Source: Tortispora ganteri (taxonomy: Eukaryota). From it: 64,000 nucleotides of DNA. Made by a program: the position numbers and the translations under genes. Position 1 is the stretch's first letter. Every line of letters begins with the position of its first letter. The stretch spans positions 620,001 through 684,000 of the forward strand of contig PPNB01000002.1 in the NCBI GenBank assembly GCA_003707115.1. The letters are read 5' to 3'. The notes beneath the pieces are model-generated. The model searched no databases, was not told the origin of the DNA, and saw nothing but the letters and a program-made list of their open reading frames with translations. Shown here piece by piece: positions 1 to 11,526 of this stretch.

Positions 1-1
1 T

Positions 2-1306
2 ACAAACCGTCATCGTTCAGAGCCATTCCAATATGGTATACAGGGAGTAATTCCGGGAACAATGCAAGAAGCTACATACGATCATGGTTTTGAAACTGAA
101 GAGTCAACCGCTGACAATATATCGCCTGTAATTGGCTGCGATGTCGCTAGCTTCACTGCTTCAACAGAAGTCTCTCCTGCTATGTTCTCAATCAACAAGT
201 TTCCTACAACGAATCTGCAAGACTACCATCAGCAGCCCTCATTAGAGCCATCAAAAAACGATGAATATCTTGCTCGTCATTATAACGTCCCTCATGTCAG
301 TCATGATGCTCGTTTAGACGCTATGGAACAGCCAGCACTTGAGCCTCCGTCTACCCCTCACAGAGGTCGCGCAGGTCGCGATTCTCCACTGATGTTTGAA
401 TCCCCTACGTTTTCTTCATCGCCTACTTTATCGAATGGACCGTTCTCTCCAGGAAGAGAGCGAACATTTATTAGTTACCACATTGACAGTCCAGAATCAA
501 GCCCGACAAGAATCAGCGGCAAAACTATTATGTCTCCTCCGAGAGATATTTCACCAGGACGGTTTTATGGCGAGCTCGATACTCCTGCAATTGTTCAAAA
601 CTACCTGAATGGCCCGGACTCAGAAGGAAAGTATACTTGCAAGTATGAAGGTTGTCTAAAAGTATTTAACAGACGATACAACGCTGTTTCTCATATTAAA
701 ACTCATTTGGAATACAAACCGCATATCTGTCATGAGTGCGGGGCTGGATTTGTGCGGCATCATGACCTAATACGGCATGAAAGAATACATAACGAAGATA
801 AGCCATTCAAATGCCCCTGTGGAAAAACGTTTGTCAGGCAAGATGCTTGTATTAGACACCGTGCTCGACAAATATGTAAAGGCGGAATGGAGGTGCCGAA
901 GTACCCTAAATCTCCTAGGAAGAAGAAGATCAGAAAAGTGAAGTCTATGCCGTCTATAAAGAAGCAAGCATCAATAAAGGAGCTCAAAGCTAAAGCTTCT
1001 CAAGTTGCATTAACGAGCAAGGAGGACTCACTAAGACGCGGAAGGCCACTTGAAAGCCTTGAACCGCTTCCACCACTTCCAATCAGATTTAATATTGGAG
1101 ATCAAAACGGTACTGTTAAGCTACAGGGAATTCGCGACAGTCAATCTTTAGGTTTTGATCATGTGGGAACAGAGGCCGAAAAGAATTCGCCAATTCATGA
1201 CACAGATGAGACTTCAGAGAGTTTGTTTGGGCAGTTTGTTGAAGCTTATGGAGATCCATTGAGCCCAAATAATAACTTTGTGGAAGATCCGCTGTTTGAT
1301 ATCTGA
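2..1306 (+). CDS. ACE2: Ace2/Swi5-family C2H2 zinc-finger transcription factor, probably 5'-partial (first in-window ATG at 62)
   Basis: Fingers YTCKYEGCLKVFNRRYNAVSHIKTH, HICHECGAGFVRHHDLIRHERIH and the Swi5/Ace2-type third finger FKCPCGKTFVRQDACIRHRARQIC. Many SP/TP sites. The frame is open from position 2 to the ATG at 62. Confidence 0.8.
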   Translation, partial: TNRHRSEPFQYGIQGVIPGTMQEATYDHGFETEESTADNISPVIGCDVASFTASTEVSPAMFSINKFPTTNLQDYHQQPSLEPSKNDEYLARHYNVPHVSHDARLDAMEQPALEPPSTPHRGRAGRDSPLMFESPTFSSSPTLSNGPFSPGRERTFISYHIDSPESSPTRISGKTIMSPPRDISPGRFYGELDTPAIVQNYLNGPDSEGKYTCKYEGCLKVFNRRYNAVSHIKTHLEYKPHICHECGAGFVRHHDLIRHERIHNEDKPFKCPCGKTFVRQDACIRHRARQICKGGMEVPKYPKSPRKKKIRKVKSMPSIKKQASIKELKAKASQVALTSKEDSLRRGRPLESLEPLPPLPIRFNIGDQNGTVKLQGIRDSQSLGFDHVGTEAEKNSPIHDTDETSESLFGQFVEAYGDPLSPNNNFVEDPLFDI

Positions 1307-1481
1307 AAAGAAAGGGGTCAAGGGAAACAGGGAAGAGCAAGAAGACTAAGCCTTTTATTGTTTTTTGGTTTTTATGTATTATTTTTTATGTATTTTCGTT
1401 ATTTATTTGAGCATTGGGTATTATTTATAATTAAAAATGTGTCATTTTGTAGGTAGTAGACATAAATAATGCATTCTTCTT

Positions 1482-3401
1482 TTAAAGAAGAGAACGAATG
1501 AATCTAACAACATCAGTTCTATTCTCTTTCATTGCTTCTTCCATGACATATATAAGAGTTCCTTTTCCAACTTTTTCTTCTGATCTACGATTATAGATCT
1601 CCTTAATTGCTTGATCAAAACTCTTGCAATCAGCCATTGTACGTAAATGAGTATTGATAATTCTGAACCTGTCTTGAATCAGTTTCGCGGGCAAAAATTT
1701 GCGAGATTGTCTTGTTTTCAGCCACATTTCATATTCCACGCGGACCACATTAGCCAGACGTAGGTCCTTTTGAGTATTAGCAGCCATCATTAGACTGCGG
1801 TATATAATACTATTTCTGAGGATTCTGCTGCCATTTGGCCTATCTTTAAGAGATTTCTCTTGCCGGAAGGATATCTTCTTGGACGTCTTATCGCCATAAT
1901 AGCAAGCAAAAATATCAGCCTGAGAATAGAAAGGAATTTCTGTGAGACGCTGCACTTCGTCAAGGTAGGACTTATAAGAGTCATGCCTAGAGACAGCTTC
2001 AAGATAAAGGGAAACAACATGCGGAGAAATGAGTGAACTGTGTTTCTCTTCGAGGTATTTAAATATAGCCCTGCATTCTGCATACATAAGTGTTCTGGAA
2101 GGAAACGTCTTCACGTCTAAGAATGGTGGCATATTCTTGGAATGCAGGTTCGGTGCAGAAACCGAAAATGTTTCTCTAGCCTGATCAGGTATGAGACTGG
2201 TAATCTCTTGTGTTCCGGCATTGGCGTATGCCATCATTAAATACGAGAACATTATGCTATCAGGGTATGTGCTCGGCTTTTCACAGAGTTTTTGGAAAAT
2301 TTGTCTAACAAATTCGAGGTTTCCAGTAAGAGCACACACTTTTGTTAAGCACCTCATGGCCCTAATATCAAATTTGAGATCGTTTTGCGATATCTTGACA
2401 AGATAGTCCCATGCGTTCTGATAGTAAGTCGGACTAGTAAGACAAGCTTCAGCGAGGTTCAAGTATGTTTGTGAATCAGGGACCAGAGGATCAATAGGTC
2501 GAGTTGTCATCTCTTTGAAGTAATCTATAGCCTTCTCAGGGAGACATCGTTGTGCACAAAGTTCAATAATGCTATTGTAGGTTTCCAGGTTTGGTTGATC
2601 TGCCACAGCCGAGTGTTTTAGTCCTTCGAACGTCTCAAAAGCTAGTTCTTTAAAATCCTTATGTGGAGCACGCAAACAAGCAGCTATAAAATGTTGATAT
2701 ATCACACTTGGACATCTTTGGCCTCTTTGTTTATATTCATACGCGATCTGTTCAATTTTCACGTGTCGACCTTGATGAACATAGGCTTGGGCAAGGTAAC
2801 CGTATGATTCGTCAGTTAGCGGTATTTTTAGATATTTCATCTTGTTAAGCAACCGTTTAGCAAACCCAGCGTGATTTTGACATGCAAATATTCGCAACAT
2901 TGTGTTACAAACATCTGTGTTGTGCGGCAAAGGTAGTGTTTGTGATTTTATAACACCGTTCAGAACACGTTCAAGTTTTGGGTAAAACCATTCAGAAAAA
3001 GCATTCAGGATCTCAACTAGTTCTTCATTAGTGAACTGAAACATGTTTTTTTTAAGGTGGTCGAGCATAGTCTGTTGCACTATTATAGTGTTATTGTCTC
3101 CTCCAAGTTTCTGGATCAAAGCAGGACTTAATCCAAGGTCTTTCCGTTCAGGCCGTTTTTTGTTCGAAACATTTACAATCACATTGTACAATTTATCGAC
3201 ATCTTTAGAATCAATCGCGTACTGTGTAGGTTTTTCTGATTCTATAGCTTTGCGGGCAGCTTCGATGCTCTGTGTAGCCTTCAAAAGATCATTGCTGATC
3301 TTTATTGATTTAGGCAAAGGTACTGTCGATGTGCGCGTCAAAATTGACGAGAATTTTCGATTGAAAGGTACATAAACTCTCGTCTTAAATAATTTAAGCA
3401 T
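1482..3401 (-). CDS. CCM1: Mitochondrial pentatricopeptide-repeat (PPR) protein, Ccm1-like
   Basis: Basic N-terminal presequence from ATG 3401. PPR units such as PNLETYNSIIELCAQRCLPEKAIDYFKEM and PDSQTYLNLAEAC. The AFETF...P...TYN segment resembles Ccm1. Confidence 0.65.
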   Translation of the reverse strand: MLKLFKTRVYVPFNRKFSSILTRTSTVPLPKSIKISNDLLKATQSIEAARKAIESEKPTQYAIDSKDVDKLYNVIVNVSNKKRPERKDLGLSPALIQKLGGDNNTIIVQQTMLDHLKKNMFQFTNEELVEILNAFSEWFYPKLERVLNGVIKSQTLPLPHNTDVCNTMLRIFACQNHAGFAKRLLNKMKYLKIPLTDESYGYLAQAYVHQGRHVKIEQIAYEYKQRGQRCPSVIYQHFIAACLRAPHKDFKELAFETFEGLKHSAVADQPNLETYNSIIELCAQRCLPEKAIDYFKEMTTRPIDPLVPDSQTYLNLAEACLTSPTYYQNAWDYLVKISQNDLKFDIRAMRCLTKVCALTGNLEFVRQIFQKLCEKPSTYPDSIMFSYLMMAYANAGTQEITSLIPDQARETFSVSAPNLHSKNMPPFLDVKTFPSRTLMYAECRAIFKYLEEKHSSLISPHVVSLYLEAVSRHDSYKSYLDEVQRLTEIPFYSQADIFACYYGDKTSKKISFRQEKSLKDRPNGSRILRNSIIYRSLMMAANTQKDLRLANVVRVEYEMWLKTRQSRKFLPAKLIQDRFRIINTHLRTMADCKSFDQAIKEIYNRRSEEKVGKGTLIYVMEEAMKENRTDVVRFIRSLL

Positions 3402-3514
3402 GAGGAGCAACCTCGACGATTAACAATCAAGTCTTTAGACAGTAATTCAGTAGTAATAGCAAGCTGGAGCGGACTCAAAAAAAAGCTTTGACTTAGCAAC
3501 GGTAATTAAAAAAT

Positions 3515-4159
<645 letters not shown>

Positions 4160-4251
4160 GCCTAATGTCTACGAAATAGTATGATTTATTTCCATAAATG
4201 TTGATAGTAGTTTGAATCTGTAGAGAATTATTTCATTATGTCTTAAAAAGG

Positions 4252-5859
4252 CTATTGCTGTGGACCTTCCTTAACAGAAGATCTTCCGGCTTTAAGCAGT
4301 TCATCGCACAACAGCAAGTTCGAAGCGATCGAGCTCGCAGATGATATAGAGTTGCGTAAAACCCGGAACGAGTCATAAATACCTTTATCCATTGCATCGC
4401 ATGGCAAACCAGTCTCTAAATCGACGGCGCAACCTTTTCCTTCGGCGCGTGCATCCTGGCAGGCAGTCAATGAGTCTAAAACATCAAATCCGCCGTTGGC
4501 TAAAAGTGTTTTAGGAATTACGAGCAAGGCTTCAGCAAATGCCAAAACTCCGTATCGCGCTTTTCCACGAACAGTAGGAGCAAAATCATTTTGCAGATTA
4601 GCAGCCGCAGCAATCTGGAAACTGCCCCCACCAGGTACAACACACTTGTCACCAATTGCATTAGCCACGCTTCGAAGCCCATCGCGAACAGCATCAGTTA
4701 TCTGAGCAATTGTGTGATTATTAGGACCTTTTATGAGAACTGTAACACTTTTTGGGTCTTTGACCTCTTCTACAAAGGTGTATTTTTCTTCTCCAAGTGT
4801 AGTTTCATACACAAGTCCTGCATAACCCAGCACTTCAGGGGTTAAATCATCAACACTATTCATGGCAGTACCTCCACATACAAGCTGTAAACGTTCCATA
4901 TTGCGTCTTTTAGCTCGACGTAGTGCCATTATATTATTCTTCGCAAGGAAGTCAAGAGCTAGCGGGTCAATACCTTTCTGGTTGATAATCACAAACCCCT
5001 TCGAGGAATCTTCACCACAAACTTGATTTTTCAGTGCGACGATCTTTTCTAGTTTAGCATTAACAAAATCTCTTTCGCTCTTAACAAGTGATTCTCTTTG
5101 CTCAGCTGAACTGTAAAAAAAACCTGAGTTAATTTCGCTCTTTTCATACTCCAAAGATACATTAAGCGTGAGAATAGCGGCGTTGGTGACACGTCTAGGC
5201 ATATCAGGATGACGAGTACCGTGATCCAAAACCAAACCACGCACGAGTTGGGTTTCGGAGCCTAATTGATGTTGCATTTTCATAATTTCAACCATATGCA
5301 AGTCAAGTGGAGTACCGGGAGTCCATATAGACAAGACGGCATCAGTAACGATAGGAGTCAGGCTTTCAGATAAAGAAGATCGTACTTTTGTGTCTAAGGA
5401 GCTTCTAGCGACACCGAGCAGTAAATCGCGGTCTATTTCTTTGTCGATCTTGTATGATTTCAAAAACTCAAGAGTCTGTTGACGAGCGAGGTCAAATCCC
5501 TCGACAATGACGCGCGGATGGAGGCCTTGAGAAAGGTAGCGCTCAGCCTGTTGGAGTAGCTCTCCGACGTACAAGCACACAGAGGAAGTTCCATCTCCTG
5601 TAACTTCATCTTGAGCAGCAGCAGCACGAGCAATCATGACAGCAGTAGGATTTTGTATTTGCATTTCCGAGAGCAGAATTTTGCCATCCTTAGTGAGTTT
5701 TATTTGACCAGAACCATCTACAAGCATTTTCAGCGTGCCTTTAGGGCCCAAGTTGCTGGAAAGAACATTTTGCAAACCTTGAGCACTATTTATATTAACG
5801 GCCAAAGCCTGCTGTCTTCGTAAGCTTTCGGCTTTTGGATTCAGTAGTTGCACAGACAT
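4252..5859 (-). CDS. CCT6: Chaperonin CCT/TRiC subunit zeta
   Basis: [30 protein letters not shown] and [11 protein letters not shown] motifs. Confidence 0.97.
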   Translation of the reverse strand: MSVQLLNPKAESLRRQQALAVNINSAQGLQNVLSSNLGPKGTLKMLVDGSGQIKLTKDGKILLSEMQIQNPTAVMIARAAAAQDEVTGDGTSSVCLYVGELLQQAERYLSQGLHPRVIVEGFDLARQQTLEFLKSYKIDKEIDRDLLLGVARSSLDTKVRSSLSESLTPIVTDAVLSIWTPGTPLDLHMVEIMKMQHQLGSETQLVRGLVLDHGTRHPDMPRRVTNAAILTLNVSLEYEKSEINSGFFYSSAEQRESLVKSERDFVNAKLEKIVALKNQVCGEDSSKGFVIINQKGIDPLALDFLAKNNIMALRRAKRRNMERLQLVCGGTAMNSVDDLTPEVLGYAGLVYETTLGEEKYTFVEEVKDPKSVTVLIKGPNNHTIAQITDAVRDGLRSVANAIGDKCVVPGGGSFQIAAAANLQNDFAPTVRGKARYGVLAFAEALLVIPKTLLANGGFDVLDSLTACQDARAEGKGCAVDLETGLPCDAMDKGIYDSFRVLRNSISSASSIASNLLLCDELLKAGRSSVKEGPQQ

Positions 5860-6069
5860 ATTAATAACAGTGAATATTAAATAGTGAACGTTACTTAGAG
5901 GGTTTGGTTATATAAAGGTGTACTATATTCATCAAAAAGGGTAACTACATAGTTGGCATAGCAACCTGAAGCAAGCAAAAGTGTGAAGAAAAAATTAAGA
6001 TCTCTGAAAACCCTCCCTCTAAACGAAATTTTCGCTTACTTATAACTAAGGGTATTTGTTTTTGCGAAG

Positions 6070-7977
6070 ATGTCTGCAGTGAATTATCTTCTTTATGAAG
6101 ATGCCACTGGGTATGCATTGTTTGAAGTAGCAATTCAGCCTGACACTATAGGGTCTAGACTGTCAGAGGTTCAACAGGCAGCTTCTGATTTTGGCAAGTT
6201 TAGTAAAATGCTGCAACTTGTCAGTTTTGCCCCATTCAAGGGCGCAGCACATGCATTAGAAAATGCCAATGATATTTCTGAAGGTATTGTTAATGATTAC
6301 TTAAAGACATTTCTTGAAACGAATCTTCCTTTGTCAAAAAAGAAGAAATCCAAGGCTGTTATTGGGATCAGTGACCGTAACCTAGCTGTAGGGATCAAAG
6401 AAGCTCTTCCTGGCGTAGAACCATCTACCTCAGAAGTGGTTCAAGACCTGCTTAGAGGAATCAGGTTCTTTGTTGCAAAATTCTTAAAGCAACTTGAGGA
6501 AACCGATATAGAAAGAGCACAGCTCGGTTTGGGTCATGCCTATTCGAGATCGAAGGTCAAGTTCAATGTCCAAAAGAATGACAACCACATTATCCAGGCA
6601 ATTGCGCTATTAGATCAGCTTGACAAAGATATTAATACATTTTCTATGCGTGTCAGAGAATGGTACTCTTGGCATTTCCCCGAACTTGTAAAATTCGCTG
6701 CTGACAACTATACTTATGCTCGACTTGTTCTGCTTATACAAGACAAGGCTTCCTTAGATGATTCCAAACTACATGATGTTGCTGCGCTTGTTAATGATGA
6801 TGCTGAAATTGCTCAAAATATTATCGATGCTGCAAGAATGAGTATGGGTCAAGACATTTCCGATGCCGATAAGGAAACAGTATTTGCTTTTGCGGAGAGA
6901 GTCATCAAGATCACAGAGTACAGACAAAGATTGTTTTCTTATTTGTCAGAAAAGATGAAAGCTATTGCCCCTAATCTTTCAGAGCTTATTGGTGATGTTG
7001 TTGGTGCCCGTTTGATTTCAAAAGCAGGTTCGCTGACCAGTCTTTCTAAGTACCCTGCATCTACTATTCAAATTCTTGGTGCCGAAAAAGCGCTTTTCCG
7101 TGCTCTTAAGACGAAGGGCAAAACCCCCAAATACGGATTGATTTATAATTCTTCTTTTGTTGGTAAAGCTGGTGCTAAGAACAAGGGTCGAATTTCTCGA
7201 TTTTTGGCTAACAAATGTTCTATTGCTAGTCGTATTGATAGTTTTGCAGACGATCCTAGTAATGTGTTTGGTATTGCACTGAGGGAGCAAGTCGAAGAGA
7301 GGTTGAACTTTTACGTTACTGGCGAAGCGCCGACGAAGAATTCTGAAGTTATGAAAACTGCTATGGAGAAAGTATTGAAGAGTGCACCTGATAGTTTTGA
7401 TATAGATATGGACGAATCTGACGACGAATCTGATGAATCTGATAAGTCTGAGGATGAATCTGCGGATGAATCTGCGGATGAATCTGAGGACGAATCTGCG
7501 GATGAGTCTGATGAATCTGATGAATCTCAATCTGAGACTGAAACTAAAGCCAAATCAAAGCCTGTGGTTAAATCCGAGTCTGAGTCCGAATCTGAGTCCG
7601 AATCTGAATCCGAAAAAGAATCTGTATCTACATCAGATATTGAGACTGAAACTAAAGCCAAATCAAAACCTACGGTTGAATCAGATTCAGAGTCCGAATC
7701 TGAATCTGAATCTGAGGAAGAGACTAAACCTACTGCTGAATCTGAGTCTGAATCTGATGAACCTGAAACTAAAGAAGACGAGAAACCTAAGAAGAAAAAA
7801 GGTCCTGGTTACGAAGCATTCAAGAAAGCTCGCAAGGAAAAGAAAGAGTTGAAGAAACAGCTAAAGAAAGAGAAGCGCGAGAATGCGAAGATTAACAAAC
7901 CAAAACGAAACAAAGATAAATATGATCCGGTTCTTCGAAAGCAAATGAAGTACAAGCAGAAGAAGAACCGTGTATGA
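6070..7977 (+). CDS. NOP56: Box C/D snoRNP protein Nop56 with a long acidic and then basic tail
   Basis: [51 protein letters not shown] and [21 protein letters not shown] motifs. Confidence 0.96.
   Translation: MSAVNYLLYEDATGYALFEVAIQPDTIGSRLSEVQQAASDFGKFSKMLQLVSFAPFKGAAHALENANDISEGIVNDYLKTFLETNLPLSKKKKSKAVIGISDRNLAVGIKEALPGVEPSTSEVVQDLLRGIRFFVAKFLKQLEETDIERAQLGLGHAYSRSKVKFNVQKNDNHIIQAIALLDQLDKDINTFSMRVREWYSWHFPELVKFAADNYTYARLVLLIQDKASLDDSKLHDVAALVNDDAEIAQNIIDAARMSMGQDISDADKETVFAFAERVIKITEYRQRLFSYLSEKMKAIAPNLSELIGDVVGARLISKAGSLTSLSKYPASTIQILGAEKALFRALKTKGKTPKYGLIYNSSFVGKAGAKNKGRISRFLANKCSIASRIDSFADDPSNVFGIALREQVEERLNFYVTGEAPTKNSEVMKTAMEKVLKSAPDSFDIDMDESDDESDESDKSEDESADESADESEDESADESDESDESQSETETKAKSKPVVKSESESESESESESEKESVSTSDIETETKAKSKPTVESDSESESESESEEETKPTAESESESDEPETKEDEKPKKKKGPGYEAFKKARKEKKELKKQLKKEKRENAKINKPKRNKDKYDPVLRKQMKYKQKKNRV
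7411..7765 (+). repeat. Coding low-complexity repeat in NOP56: GAATCT/GAGTCT hexamers, GATGAATCTGCG 12-mers and a duplicated [10 protein letters not shown] block
   Basis: TGAGACTGAAACTAAAGCCAAATCAAA occurs twice (about 7533 and 7641). Runs of ES and DES codons are visible. Confidence 0.9.
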
Positions 7978-8027
7978 TTATAAAATAATTAGGTGATTAC
8001 ATAGAGAAATTGAATTGTATTGATCCA

Positions 8028-8729
8028 TTAGAGGTACATATTGCTAGAAGTGAATACCGAATGGTAGTCTGAAGGATTGAAACTAAAAACGTTATTAGAG
8101 ATTTTGTTTAAAACGCTGACTAGAGCCGAAATAGATTCAAATGAGTAAACTTCATGACCTGGAATGCCGTTTGATTGTACTGTTAAAGCTATATGAGGAA
8201 TGTTGTTATACTCGCAAGTATCTAGTAAACCAGCGAGTATACCTGATATATAGTTTGGAGGAGCCAATTGTGGTATATTAAGAGTAGTATTAGCAGCTGA
8301 TGTGGCAAGATATTGCACATTGTTTGCGTTAATATCATCGATAGGTGAAATCGAGACTATCAAGCTAGCTCCCGAGAATGCATGGAGCAACTTTGAAACA
8401 ATAAATTTGATTGCCTCAACTGGGATTTGATGAATTGGCAAAAATATAAAAGAAGTTTCATTAGAACAATAAACTGTAGATTTATAATTAATTGTAACGG
8501 ATCTAGCGATACTTTTAACGTTCAAAGTAAGTTGAGAGATTGGCGAGATGTTTAGTAGAAGTGGCAGATTATGTAAAGATTGTGGCAAAACAACAATTGT
8601 TTTAGATATTAAATCAGGTATTAAAAGATTTGATTCAACTGTGAAATCAATATCAACAGATTCATCATCTGAGAAATCATCCAGTAAATGTCTTTGTGAA
8701 TAAGTTTCGAGCCACGGTTTTAATTGCAT
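8028..8729 (-). CDS. PBA1: Proteasome assembly chaperone PAC1/Pba1-like
   Basis: LAPPNYISGILAGLL motif and a C-terminal HbYX motif (MYL). First ATG at 8729 (MQLKPW). Confidence 0.7.
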   Translation of the reverse strand: MQLKPWLETYSQRHLLDDFSDDESVDIDFTVESNLLIPDLISKTIVVLPQSLHNLPLLLNISPISQLTLNVKSIARSVTINYKSTVYCSNETSFIFLPIHQIPVEAIKFIVSKLLHAFSGASLIVSISPIDDINANNVQYLATSAANTTLNIPQLAPPNYISGILAGLLDTCEYNNIPHIALTVQSNGIPGHEVYSFESISALVSVLNKISNNVFSFNPSDYHSVFTSSNMYL

Positions 8730-8814
8730 AGTTTTTAAGCTGTGAATTTGACTGAGGAAGGAGAAGTGGGTCAATATTGTGATGGTAGTCAACTAAACTA
8801 CGACACTACTAGAA

Positions 8815-9188
8815 ATGGATGAATATATGCAAGAGTTACATAAATTAAAAGAGTGTAAGTATTTATAAGGATATATTGAATTTATTGATACTAATATGTA
8901 GCATTTACGAAATTGATTCAAGTACGACAACAACTTGAGGCACAGTACCAAGAGAACAAGATTCTTATTGAAGAATTTGAAAATCTGAAGCCAGAGACTA
9001 AAATATACAGACTAATTGGTCCTGTTATGGTTCCACAAGATTATGATGAATCTAAAATTAATGTGAAGAATCGTATTGATTTTATTGAAGGAGAACGTAA
9101 AAGAGTTGATACACAATTAGAAGATATTCAGAAAAAGATGTCAGATATTCAATCAAAAGCTAATGAGTTACAGTCAAAGTCAAAGTAA
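8815..9188 (+). CDS. YKE2: Prefoldin subunit 6; exons 8815-8854 and 8902-9188
   Basis: RQQLEAQYQEN and KIYRLIGPVMVPQD motifs. A 47-nt intron (GTAAGT..TACTAAT..TAG, 8855-8901) joins the exons in frame to give MDEYMQELHKLKESFTKLIQVRQQ. Confidence 0.92.
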
Positions 9189-9294
9189 TATATAATATAT
9201 TTTAAATCTATATTTATAGATATAATATCGCTGTAAATATATATATAGCCTTGACATAGAAGTGAAATTATAACTATAGATCTTAAAAGATACT

Positions 9295-9792
9295 CTAAAC
9301 AGAACTTTTTTTCCTCTTTTTCGATATTTTATCACTCTTTGACCGTTTTTTCTGTTCTAAACTATATCCCGTAGGTATATATCTAGTACGCATTCCTTCT
9401 AATTGTTTTGGCATCTGTTGCGGTTGTATGACTTGCTTATAGTCGATCTCTGGCAAATTCACATATTCAATGATCCGCAACCTTTTCACTACTTCTTGTT
9501 TAGATACTTTTAATTCTGCACTTTTCCCTATTAAAACACCAATATTTTTATCTGTTTCAAGTTCTAGATTCGCTAAAAATGTCTTACCTTTAACTTCGAA
9601 TCGGTATTCGCCCTTCTCGAGCTTTTTTACATCGATTTTCGGTAAATCTTCTAATTCAAGACATTCAGGTACTTGTACCAACCATATTTCTTTATTCTTA
9701 ATTTGTTCCTCTTTAATACCACCTTTTTCGTATTCTTTATATCCTCTAGGAGGTTTATACGCCAACTCTTCGATCTCGTCAGTCAATGTCAT
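9295..9792 (-). CDS. RPA34: RNA polymerase I subunit A34.5
   Basis: YKPPRGY, KEIWLVQVP and GMRTRYIPTGY motifs plus a lysine-rich tail. ATG at 9792. Confidence 0.8.
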   Translation of the reverse strand: MTLTDEIEELAYKPPRGYKEYEKGGIKEEQIKNKEIWLVQVPECLELEDLPKIDVKKLEKGEYRFEVKGKTFLANLELETDKNIGVLIGKSAELKVSKQEVVKRLRIIEYVNLPEIDYKQVIQPQQMPKQLEGMRTRYIPTGYSLEQKKRSKSDKISKKRKKSSV

Positions 9793-9835
9793 ATATAATA
9801 ATGCAAAAGTGAAGATTTTCTCCTCCCAATAATAC

Positions 9836-11464
9836 ATGAAGAGATCAACGCCGTTAAGTGCTTATGCAGTACAAAAACGTCAATGTATAGATAAAACACA
9901 TACAGATTTAAATTTAATCCAGTCATTAGATTCTTCTTCTGAATCGGAATCGGAATCAGAAGATGGAACTTATCATATAGATCGCTCCATCTCTAGATGT
10001 GATCCTTTGTCCCATGATCACTATTATGTCAAAGATGAAATCACTTATATAACTATTCCCGAAGAAACATGTATTCAATTAACTGGTATTTATGAATTTA
10101 AAGTTGTCCAAGGTATTATATTTATTTATTCTACAGAAATTTCTTCAAAAAATGATTGGCAGCAAGTCGTTACCCTCGAACAAGCTTATATCCCGACAAT
10201 CAAAGCTGGCCATGAAACTGTTATTATTGCTGTCAGATCAGTTCTTTTTAACCCACAAGCGTTTCCTGTACCATTATTCAGTGGTGAACCATTTACTAAT
10301 GGTGGATCATTCTCATTTGTCTCACAACGTTCTACAATCATGGCTATTAATTATCAAACCCCTTTGTGTAATCCTGATATTGATGATCTCTGCATTGGAT
10401 CAAAACTCGTGGTAATGGGTGCTAAAGGACATGGCAAAAGTACTTTCTGTCAACAACTAATGAATAGTATTACTGATAAACCAATTATTTATTTTGATCT
10501 TGATCCAGGCCGTCCTGGGTTCACTCCTCCTGGTGTAATTGCAGCAACACGCATCACTGGTCCATTATTCGACACTCCTTTTCTCAGACTCTCAAATAAC
10601 TTTAAGAATCTTGAAACGCGATTATTGTCATTCACTAGCGCAAAATTTGATATTGATAATTATATTAATGCAGCTAAAGATCTGTTTAATTCTGTCGATA
10701 CAACTAATGCAATTACAATTGTTAACTCTCCTGGTTGGATCCGTCCCGCAGGTTTATCTATTCTCTCAGATGCAATGTCACCAATATCCAATGATATCAC
10801 TCATGTGGTTTACATGAAATACGAATTCGAATGGTCTAGTCCATTCGTAAATGCAACATCTCATGAAGTTCTCGATTTACCCACTAATACCGCGCACACC
10901 GTCAATAACAAAACTGCTAGAGATTTACATTTATCTTGTCATCTTCGAGATATTTGTAAAAATAGAAGTTTCAACTTGCCTTTATGCTACACACAACCCA
11001 AACTGTTCTCTTATGACGAACCTAGCAATCATCTTCTAATAGCAGGTGCGTATTTTGCCGATCCTGGTCTTACAATCACAGATCCTATATTATCACTAAA
11101 CGGGGCTGTTGTATCACTGGTATTTGCTCCTGAAATCACAAGTAATAACGCCAAAAATAATATACTTGTTATTCAAGACTTGAACCTGATTAAATGTGAG
11201 TTCATATGTCATGCAGTTGTTCATTCATTTCTCCTCGACAAGAAAGTGCTTCGAATTATTATGCCTGGCAATATTACTGCAATTCCTGAACATAAAAGTC
11301 TTGTATTAGTAAGAGGCGATCTGCAATTGAATGAATGGGACAGGTTCCCTGGATTCATTGAATCTTTAAGAGGTTACACAATTCCATATACCTCTCCGAT
11401 CATGCATCTTCCTGGTGAATTACCATGGCGTCCTAGGCGAAATATCGGACGCCGTCATAACTAG
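9836..11464 (+). CDS. GRC3: Polynucleotide 5'-hydroxyl kinase Grc3/Nol9 (Clp1 family)
   Basis: P-loop GAKGHGKST, DLDPGRPGFTPPG, IVNSPGW and C-terminal WRPRRNIGRR. Confidence 0.9.
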   Translation: MKRSTPLSAYAVQKRQCIDKTHTDLNLIQSLDSSSESESESEDGTYHIDRSISRCDPLSHDHYYVKDEITYITIPEETCIQLTGIYEFKVVQGIIFIYSTEISSKNDWQQVVTLEQAYIPTIKAGHETVIIAVRSVLFNPQAFPVPLFSGEPFTNGGSFSFVSQRSTIMAINYQTPLCNPDIDDLCIGSKLVVMGAKGHGKSTFCQQLMNSITDKPIIYFDLDPGRPGFTPPGVIAATRITGPLFDTPFLRLSNNFKNLETRLLSFTSAKFDIDNYINAAKDLFNSVDTTNAITIVNSPGWIRPAGLSILSDAMSPISNDITHVVYMKYEFEWSSPFVNATSHEVLDLPTNTAHTVNNKTARDLHLSCHLRDICKNRSFNLPLCYTQPKLFSYDEPSNHLLIAGAYFADPGLTITDPILSLNGAVVSLVFAPEITSNNAKNNILVIQDLNLIKCEFICHAVVHSFLLDKKVLRIIMPGNITAIPEHKSLVLVRGDLQLNEWDRFPGFIESLRGYTIPYTSPIMHLPGELPWRPRRNIGRRHN

Positions 11465-11526
11465 ACGAGTTCTTTTTTTTTTACGCAAACCAAAAATAGT
11501 TAATAATATAAATATCATCACAGTAT

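Noticed and set aside
7018..7852. Repetitive alternative-frame ORFs (RFIRFIR..., NLNL...)
   Set aside because: They are shadows of the NOP56 repeat.
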